A stretch of DNA of 64,000 nucleotides from Tubiluchus corallicola. Lineage: Eukaryota; Animalia; Priapulida. Within the stretch, counting starts at the first letter, position 1. Each line of letters begins with the position of its first letter. Of this stretch, positions 54,237 to 64,000 are shown in pieces. Where the stretch lies: contig JAQGDQ010000178.1 of assembly GCA_030141605.1 (NCBI GenBank), positions 62,001 through 126,000 on the forward strand, given 5' to 3'. The notes beneath the pieces were generated by a model. The model was not told where the DNA came from and ran no database searches. It was given only the letters and a program-made list of their open reading frames with translations. The position numbers and the translations under genes are program-made.

Positions 54237-55119
54237 TGCTGCACCAGCGTAACTAGACGAATAATAGTAATTATATTAACCAAGAGCATGTAGGCAGAAG
54301 AATATTATTTTTGTTGGGCAAAAGCAGGTGAAAGGCAGCAATACTTGTTGCTGACGTAGTTGGTATAAAGAAGAAGAAGAGGAAGAAGAAAAAGAAGAAG
54401 AGAACAACAACAAGAAGAAAGGCCCCATATCTAGACAGATCAGACACTGGGATAGATATATACAGTATCTATTTACTTGTAAAGGTGGCACAAACCTGTA
54501 ATATATTAACCTAGTATGTTTCACAAACGTGTTGCTTACTTTTTCAGCTTATAATCACCATCAAATATTGTAAAAATTGTGAGAATACGTGTTATTATAG
54601 TATAGTGTGCAACCTACATTATTATTAAAACTAACAATATGGTTGGCATAGCAAATTAAACTTGTATTTACGTAAAATCGTAGGCGTGTAGGCGTACATA
54701 GGCGTATAAGCCTTCTAATGCACGTTAATCTTCACACAAATCAATTATGCCTATTGGCTGATGAATTCGCAAGCATGCGGTGAGTTTTCTTACAAAATTT
54801 AATGTAGCGCCATAAGCCTATTATAGTATTGTGTTGGTGAGGTACGTTTATCGTTATGTTGCTGTTTTGCAAAGATAACAAATAATATGATAACAGAAGT
54901 GCAGTATGTTTGGAAAGCGTCTTATTTTAAAATAATTTGTATGTACTAAAGTTAATTCAGAAATCGTATTAGTTTATACAAAAGTCAAAGTATTGTAACT
55001 AAGAGATGGTGCTGATACGCCTATTGTCACATAGTTGAAAACAAAAAAAAACGTCGAGTAAAATTACTGAATTAGGTAACACGCCAGATGTCTACCCCAT
55101 CGTGTTCCATGCCGGTTAT

Positions 55120-55604
55120 CATTACAGAGTAGGTGCTGAGATGGAAGACGCACCTGCCCGTCAGCCCACTGAACCAACGAGGGCATTCCATTACAGAGTA
55201 GGTGCTGAGATGGAAGACGCACCTGCCCGTCAACCCACTGAACCGACGAGGCCATTCCATTACAGAGTAGGTGCTGAGATGAAAGACGCACCTGCCCGTC
55301 AGCCCACTGAACCGACGTGGGAATTCCATTACAGAGTAGGTGCTGAGATGGAAGACGCACCTGCCCGTCAGCCCACTGAACCGACGAGGGAATTCCATTA
55401 CAGAGTAGGTGCTGAGATGGAAGACGCACCTGCCCGTCAGCCCACTGCACCGACGACGGCATCCCATTACAGAGTAGGTGCTGAGATGGAAGACGCACCT
55501 GCCCGTCAGCCCACTGAACCGACGAGGGCATTCCATTACAGAGTAGGTGCTGAGATGGAAGACGCACCTGCCCGTCAGCCCACTGCACCGACGACGGCCA
55601 TTCC
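55120..55604. repeat. GC-rich tandem array, 69-bp unit, 7 copies
   Basis: cattacagagtaggtgctgagatggaagacgcacctgcccgtcagcccactgaaccgacgagggcattc repeated. Confidence 0.97.
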
Positions 55605-58600
55605 ATACCAGCTACTTATAGCTGCTATGCAACGCTGATACGCAATAGCTTCGTAATGGATCAAACCATCACAATGCAGAGGGGGGAGGGGCGAAAATAA
55701 ATGGCATTTCGCCCCCGCAACAGTATTATCTCTATGATGACGGTGACGGTGACGATGACGATGACGATGAAGATGATAATGATAGTAATGATGATGTTAT
55801 AACGGGGTCAAGAAATTTGTTTTTTAAACGTTTATGTATCACAACGTAATTGTTATAGGTTGTAGATTGAACTAGTTGCTAATTTGTTGATTGCGGTTAA
55901 ATTTGAAAGCGAACGAACGAGTAGTGAGCAGTAGGAAGGGCACAAAGGTCAACTCGTTTTTAAAATGTTGCTACATTGACGAGATCAAAATAATCTTTAC
56001 AAAACTGGAGTAACGTTAAAAACGGAAACTTGAAATGCTGCGTGAAAACGTGCATATATAGTTTTTCCAGTGCCTGCATACTCTTTGCCTGCACCCAGTG
56101 TCTCTGTCTGAGGATCTTTGCATCTACAACTTAAACTCCCACAACCTCAGCACTAACAACATTAACACCCACAACTTCAACACCCAAAACGTTGACACTC
56201 ACAACCCCAACACCATCAACCCTTGCACCGACAACATTTGAACTCACAATGTCCACCCTCAAGATCGCAGAACCCACAACCTCAGAATCTGCAGTCTCAA
56301 CACCTGCGGCCTGACAGCTCATTGGCAACCTCAGTACCCTCAACCTCAGCACTCACGTACCCGTAGACCTCACCCCACAACGTCCGCATCCGCAACGAGG
56401 GAAGACAAAATTGCGTTTGTCTACATCAGCAGTGTTTGATTAGTCTTGACAGCATCAGTTTGTGTGGAGACCAAAGTCAGCATCTGGTTTCTATTGTTGT
56501 AGTGAGTAAACTTCAGTTCACCGCACCACAAGGAAACTCTCTCCCTTTCTCTCTGAAGGCAAGCGAGTCTGTTAAAGCAATTAAATCTTTCGGTTCCGTC
56601 GATTCTGAAGGGTTTCTAGATGAGGCCTTGCGACTAATTCAAGAATGTTTCAAAGCGCAGAAAAGTAGGGACAGGATTATTGCAACGGTATGAAACACGA
56701 AAAACGCATGACAAGTTGGTTTTTAGCGTTTTAGTGCTAATTATTCCAAAAAAGTAGAGATGAATTCAAGAGTATGTCAGGAAAAGACACTCGTTTCTTC
56801 AGCTTTTCTTAATAATGGTATGCTTATCACGTTTTATATAAATTTAGAAATTCGTATGTTAAAAGCGTTCGATTTTATTTAAAAAATTCGGAATAAAGCT
56901 AATTCACTGTTTTAACTTACTGGTGTTTGATTTATGAATTACTTCTAAATTGTTTGTAAATTTCCCCAGTTTGTCATTAAAAATTGCTGCAGACAATTTA
57001 AAATTGCACAAAATTATTCTTGCAAGTGTTTGCGTTCTAAATGTTTGCATCTCTCGGAGTTTAAACTACAGACACCACAACAAGCACTTTAAATTCTTTC
57101 TTTCTTAACAAGATAAAGACGAATATGTAACCTGATTCAGAATGAAAAAGTCGTTGCAAACTGTGAATAAAAAATCATACAAAACGTCGTCCAGTCAACT
57201 GCATACCAGGAGATTTGATTGTCACAGAAGTGCCGTAAGTCAGTCGTCGCAAAATGCGCCAGATTTGACGTGAAGCCAGCGAGTAATAGTGGTAGAATTT
57301 GGACTGTTGACCAATGTGACAATGTTTCTATGTCTCTCGTTGGGTAATATCACGCATGACTAGACAAATCAACACACCACCCTGATGCCTAATCACACGC
57401 AACTAATCAATATCAATCGCCTTAATGCAATCCGAGATAATTAACTACCCATGGTGGAAGATTTCCACATTCCTGTGCAAGTAGAGGGCGCCATAGCGCA
57501 ACATTGTTGTAAGCATTAGGACAATGGTGAAAACGTCACAAAACCCACCACCTGGGCCGGATTTAAACCTCAAGAGACCGGATGCACTGAAATGATTGTA
57601 CTACTCCACATATGTGTAATTGACAGTAAAAATAATACTAAACTGTAAAATGAAATATGATCTTTCGATATAAAAAAATCTTGCAGTAAGATTTATTTGT
57701 AGTAAATGCTAGGGCAATCAAAAGCAACATTATCTTCTTTTCCAAGGCCCTAAACATGTGCTTATTTTGTTTAATGGTTAATTCTGGTCTGCCAACTACA
57801 TGTTGTAAAAAGTTACCATTCAGCATTATTTTTGGGTTTTGGGAGCTTTCGTCAACTTTGGAATGCTTGAGCAGCAAACTAAAAGCAGAAAGTTGTTTTC
57901 AAATGGATTGTAGTAACAAAAGGGGTACCAGCGTGTTTAAGACACATATCTACGCAATGGTTGAGCGATTTTGTTATGTGCAGTCTGTTCATTTCATTGC
58001 AGGAGGGAGATAATAATGACTCTTGTAAAGTATCTTCACAGATAATAAACTTGCATCTTGTACGTCACTAATTAGATAAGCCCAAATAAGGCTTACCTTA
58101 ACAGAAAAAACGGTTATCATCGCAATTACTAATTGGACAAATTGCGCGTTTGGGTGTTTTGCACATCGCAAGAAGTTCACGTCAGACCCTTCACATTACC
58201 TGTCCACGTCTTTTGTCAGGTAAAGAGCACTTTTAAATGAAGAGCATCTCGAGGTCTAGTGGCATTGCAGTAATTCATTTTATACCTACCAGTATAAGCA
58301 GATGAGCAGACACGAACGAACCACGACACGTTATCGAATCTCGCCAGAGTGGCAGCATTTTTCTATGTACATTACCTTAGACTCATGTGAGTAGGCTTAT
58401 AACGAGTATCAGAGTGATTTTTTGAAAACTAACTGAAAATAGATTTTACGGGAAGGGTCTCAGCTTCTGACTCTAGACGTTTTTGATTGTCTTGCCACAA
58501 TCACGTAACACAATAAAAATAATTTTTACTTTAAGAATTGTGAGTTTCCATTGAAGATAATGTTTGTAAGAAGATTGAAATTTTTTAATTAGATTTCTAT

Positions 58601-60308
58601 GTTTAAATTTGTCTGTTTTGTCTATCAATCTGTCTGCCATTCATCCATCAATTTAATTATTTTCGTAAGAGAATCGGAATTTTTCCAATTAATTTGCATA
58701 TTTGTGTAGATATTTATTTATTATCTGTTTACAAATATTTGTCCATCTATTGTCCGTCTGTCCCTCCGACTTTCAGTGAAGCCATTAATGCACCACTCCG
58801 TGAAATAAGCAGTAAATTAATTGACGCTTATTTCTAGGTTTACGTGTGAAAATGATATGTATTTGCTTAGCTTGTATATGTGCATTATTATACCATCATG
58901 ATTCGTTACTCTGTTATTATTGTAATCACCAATTAACAGCCTAAATTAAAGATGTCATAATGATCGATCTAGCAACGTCATTAAAACGACAAATTTTGTT
59001 GTCTGCAAGTCAGAAGTAATCATTATGATGCTTAGCAGTAGTTATATTACGCAATAAAATTGCGTTTATAAAATGATTACGATTTATTTCGAGTGTTTCA
59101 AATGGCTACGATGAAAATGTCGTAAAAATTATGTGATTACAATTATTTGAATAGTAAATAGTTTTCCACTTCTGCTGCTACGCTACAAAATGGCTGCTCA
59201 ATGGTTTAACCTAGACAGTTCAATTTGGCAGTACTTTTCTGTTAAAAGTAATGGCATTTTTCCAGTAAACAGGTGTTGTGAAACGCTTTTGCGAGAAGAC
59301 ATTTGTGAAATACCTGCAAAACATAGTTGCACGCCAGGGCCTGTTATTTAAAATTACTAATTTGACCCGTTATTTTTTGTTCAGCATTGAAATATGGTAG
59401 TAATAACACGAAAACACAACAACAACAACAAAAAGGTTTGGTCTTGATAAAAGTAATATCAAACGTTAAATCACTGTTTGATCATATTTGAAATCTGAAG
59501 GTGTTTTTTTACTCGAAATTAGTAAACACGACATCATAGGCTCGCCAGGCAAGAATTGACATTAAACATAAACTGTGCGTCAGTTGCTGCAAGTGGTGTT
59601 GATTATTTTTATTCATGTGGTATCTATCTAAAATATTACTACAAATGGTGAAGTGTTAGAAATTTTCTCTCGACTTGAAATGTTTTTAAGGCTTAAACAA
59701 GAGGCAATTTGGTTTCAAATTTGTTAAATTTGTTTAAAGACTCATTAATTTAATTTTCTTGCGTTTTTTGAATTAGTAATATGAAATGTTTTGAACCTAT
59801 TTAATGTGCTTATTTTCTACTTTAGCGGCTGAATATAAAACATGAAAACGAGAAGCAAGTTGCGTTTTCTGCTTAGATTAAACTTTTTCTTATAATTGTG
59901 AAGCTTATGCTGCCATTTTGTTTGCCGTTAATTTTAATAAACGAAATGAAAAGGAAGACACAACATGTCATGTTTTTTTCCTTCATCAGTTACAGGTGCT
60001 GCACGGTCAGATCTCCACACTTCGTTTTGTGGTCAGAGCTCTTTCCAGATTTCAACACACACACCTTATTGATTTTAAGACTGCAGAAAAATAATCCATG
60101 TCAATTATCAATACCTCAAAGCGTGCCTTGGTGTTACAAGTAAATTATATTGAACAAAACAGAAAAATGATATTGACTTTGCGTGCAACCAATTATGTGC
60201 TTCAGAAGTTTAAATTAGAAAAAAACCGAAAGCGGATTAGGTATGAACTATAATGATTTTTACGTCAGGAGTAAATTTTTATGCAGCCGCCATAATAATG
60301 TCCTAGCA

Positions 60309-60850
60309 CCTTTGCCCTTGCCTTGTTCACACTCTTACTCTTTCCATTGCCCTTACTCACACTCTTACTCTTGCCATTGCCCTTGCCCTTACTCTCACTC
60401 TTAGCCTTGCCCTTGCCATTGCCCTTACTCTCACTCTTACATTTGCTATTGCCCTTGCTCTCACTCTTACTCTTGCCCTTGCCCTTACTCTCACTCTTAG
60501 CCTTGCCCTTGCCATTGCCCTTACTCTCACTCTTACTCTTGTCCTTGCCCTTACTATCACTTTTACTCTTGCCATTGTCCTTGCTGTCACTTTTACTCCT
60601 GCCCTTGCCCTTACTCTCACTCTTACTCTTGCTCTTACCCTTACTCTCACTCTTGCCATTGTCCTTGATCTCACTCTTACATTTGCCATTGCCCTTACTC
60701 TCACTCTTACTCTTGTCCTTGCCCTTGCTGTCACTTTTACTCCTGCCCTTGCCCTTACTCTCACTCTTACTCTTGCTCTTACCCTTACTCTCACTCTTGC
60801 CCTTGTCCTTGCTCTCACTCTCTTGCTCTCACTCTCTCTCTCTCTCTCAC
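60309..60850. repeat. Compound hexamer microsatellite (cttgcc/cttact/ctcact)
   Basis: Produces the Leu/Pro and Arg/Val/Ala pseudo-ORFs. Confidence 0.95.
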
Positions 60851-61664
60851 ACAAACACGCACGCACGCAAGCACGCACGTACGCGCGCACACACTTACTG
60901 TCCAAAATATACATTTCCTTGCTTATGAAAGTTAGCAATTGTTTCTAGTATTTGGATAATTACCTTGGAAAGTACCAAACACAGTTATCACATGAATTCT
61001 GTTTTTTAAGTGTTTAAATGGAGAAACTGCATCATACAAGAAAAGAAGTGCTAATGTCACGCTTCCTGCGTGCGTGCAAAAACACTCACCAAACCGCAGC
61101 AAATCTCACCTCTTTTCAAGAACAAATTGCAGCGACTTTCTCCACCTCACCTAACTCCTTAACCACTCCAACGATAATCCCACTACGCTCCCTGCCATCC
61201 TGGATCCGCCGCGCTGGATTGATTTGAAACCATTTAGTGAGAAAAATTTCATCATTGAAGTTAATGTCAGCGTGAGGTCACGTGACGTTGTTCTTTTACC
61301 TTTATGACAACTCTCAGTTCCGCATTCAGAATTGATTGAATGGAGCGAAACGTTTGTGAGGCGATTGACGGCGACAAAACATCGCAGCTCGAAAAAGCGT
61401 CGATGTTTCAAAATTGGCTGCAGTTGAATGAAAGTTGACACGTGCTGTTTGATACTGTTTGTTGTAGCAGTAGCAGGCGCATGCGCTTTGACACCAACAA
61501 AATCAGTCTTTCACAATAAAGAATATGATACTGGAAGATGGTATTAGGGCCTCTCGTGGAAGATTCTCGTTGCGGATTCCTAAATGGCGACATTTTTGTC
61601 GTAGTGGCCTATTTTTACATGGCTTTTACGTTGAAATAAAGTAATCTCATATAATAATAATCTA

Positions 61665-61765
61665 ATCTGATCTGGTCTGGTCTGGTCTGGTCTGGTCTGG
61701 TCTGGTCCTGGTCTGGTCTGGTCTGGTCTGGTCTGGTCCGGTCTGGTTTGGTCTGGTCCGGTGCT
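61665..61765. repeat. (TCTGG)n pentamer microsatellite
   Basis: Direct reading. Confidence 0.95.
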
Positions 61766-63244
61766 GGCCAGTCCGTGTCCAGTCTGATCCAATCCGGTCT
61801 TGATATATCCTGCTTCAGATATTTCTAGCGCGGTTATTACTAGGTGTAGAGCAGCTGCTAAAATCCAATTTTTTTTCTCGAACTTCTTATCTGTGCAATT
61901 ATGTACCAGAAAATTGTTTCCATTTTTATATCAAACTTGCTCGCTTGGCTGCCTTCTCTCAGAAGTAAATCAGTTATAATAATTCTACTTTTCTGGACTT
62001 ATAATTCATATTTTCACCTTTCTAATGCACGGTTATGTACCTTACTAAAGTGATCACTGGCATTATTTTGAGCGATTATTATAAAGAAATTCTAAACTTC
62101 TGACTTTTTTAAATTTGATTAACAATTTACCCAGGGTGAACAGTCCATCCACAATATTTCTCTACTCGTAATGCTATCAGATTTTACGACATTTTGGCCA
62201 CACGTTTTAAAGAATGATTTATGTTCAAAGCATCAGTTGTAGTTCTTTTGCAATTCTACCTCGAATACATGAGATGCGGTTTAGTTTCTAGTTCTGTTCA
62301 GATTTTAGTTTAGAGTGGAGGCAAATTTTTGTCACCGCTTTTCTAAAATAACAATACTTGCTTAGCTTTAAAATTTAGGGTGTTAAGATTGTGTTCCGTC
62401 CTAGCCTTCTGTGCAAAAATAGCCTCTGCAGACTCATTTCTCAAAAGTAATGGCTCTATAAGTAGTAGCCCGAGTTGGAGTTGGTGTTAGGTCCCATGAG
62501 CTTGCTGTGTTGGAAAACTGCGCGTGTCCTTAAAACTGCACGTGCCCTGACACTGTGCCTCATTTCTGTGAGTGTGACACTCCCGTACTGAATTAGAATC
62601 ACTTTCAGAATCTGGTCTGTCTGATCGGTGTGTATCCACATTACCATTTAAATAGGTTTTCCCTAGATGCTGTGAAAAGCGGCCCCAGTTCTTATTATCA
62701 CAGTCCATTTGTTGTGCTTGTTATTTTCAAATGATCTTGAAAGGCACGTGACTTGCGTGCGAATCAAAGGCCAAGTTTTATCGAAGTTTAACTCAAGGAG
62801 CTCTGATTAAGGAGGAATGTTGTCACAATAGGAGGATTTTCGTGTAACAACTCTTAACGTTGCACAAAAAAGAGAGAATTAAAAAAGTTATACTGAGACA
62901 GTTAAGCATATCCTGGAGAATTTTCTTTTAAAATGACCCATTATGGCTACCGCCACTGGGAGGCGTGCATCATCACACTAAGAGCTAAGATTACGTTTAA
63001 AAGTCAATCAAACCATCCAAATGAATCATATGAAAGCGCAGGGTTAGATATGAAATCATGAATATATGCGTTAATTTTCGCGAAGTAGGCCTATCACTCT
63101 GCTCGTTTTAATTCTGAATTTTGAATTTAATCCCTTGAACTACTGGGTTAAAATTTAAAATTATGAGATTCATGTTTATCAATTCATCAATCGGTAAACT
63201 GCCTTAATGATCAATAAATTCAAAACACCTCTGACGATATACAA

Positions 63245-63621
63245 TAGGGGCGAGCATTCACTACCAGAAAACGAATTCGAATCGAATCGAATTTGTGTCT
63301 TTCGTATTCGAATCGAACCGAACTTCAGTATTTCGAATTTGAATTGCATTTGAACTGAGACTGAAAGATTTTCGAACAAGTTTTCGAACCACCAGTAAAA
63401 ATCAATCTTACAAAGATCATGCATATTACTCGATATTGTTCTGTAGTAAAACCACTAATAATTGGTTTAAAATTGTACACAGAAATCACAGCTAAATTAT
63501 GCTAATTGCATGATGTTTCAATCGTTTTAATGATAAAGAACGTATGTGATTGAAGTGCTGAATTATTCGAATCTATAGTTTTAGGTTCGAATCGAATCCG
63601 AACGTTCGATGCTCGCCTCTA
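63245..63621. mobile_element. Non-autonomous hAT element with intact TIRs and an 8-bp TSD
   Basis: TIR taggggcgagcat / atgctcgcctcta; TSD atatacaa at 63237-63244 and 63622-63629; subterminal (t)tcgaa repeats. Confidence 0.9.
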
Positions 63622-64000
63622 ATATACAATATATACTACAATATGAAGACATATGTATATATAAAGACATATTTCGGCAATAACAATATTATTGTAATTA
63701 TTGTTTTCAGACGTTTTATAAATGAAGTTGCATGTGGAATGAGCATGAAAAACTAACCAAGTTGTTTAGTAAGTACTGGGAGACTTTTGATGTTAGCTTA
63801 GTTTTTTTTTAAGATAAGATAAGCTGATATACCATAGGTGAAGTCCGACGAATCTAACTAACATTCGCCAATTCACAGTATCCATTTTTAATAATCTTTC
63901 GTCTCAACAAGAATGACAAAATCACAAATCCGTTTAAAAACTCTCTTAATACTCAGCATTTCTGTTAGTTGGTCATGAACATATTTAATAATAATGATTT

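Noticed and set aside
58190-58230. miR-8/200-like tgtcaggtaaaga
   Set aside because: Seed (AAUACUG) absent and hairpin too short
60323-60938. 201-aa Leu/Pro and 193-aa Arg/Val ORFs
   Set aside because: By-products of a stop-free hexamer microsatellite
62456-62708. 73-aa ATG-initiated minus-strand ORF
   Set aside because: No recognisable motif or splice context; length compatible with chance

Overview
AT-rich animal (probably invertebrate bilaterian) nuclear DNA with spliceosomal introns; not prokaryotic, and no CRISPR array. The first ~17 kb holds three genes. (1) The last two exons of an AHCYL1/2 (adenosylhomocysteinase-like) gene on +. (2) A complete 8-exon RIB43A/RIBC ciliary gene on - (13222..4380, 368 aa, phases reconstructed by hand). 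(3) An intronless CD20/MS4A-like four-TM ORF with a PPxY motif on +. The remaining ~46 kb has no recognisable host protein-coding exon. It holds decayed LINEs, MITEs/hAT elements, tRNA-derived repeats, minisatellites (47, 52 and 69 bp; a 79-bp array also lies in a RIB43A intron) and microsatellites. I did not find a convincing new multi-gene system. The best leads are an inverted-repeat element enclosing a tRNA-like Pol III cassette, a textbook recursive-splice motif suggesting a hidden minus-strand transcript, a 69-bp double-hairpin tandem array, and a CpG-depletion boundary. All calls are by eye, with no database searches.
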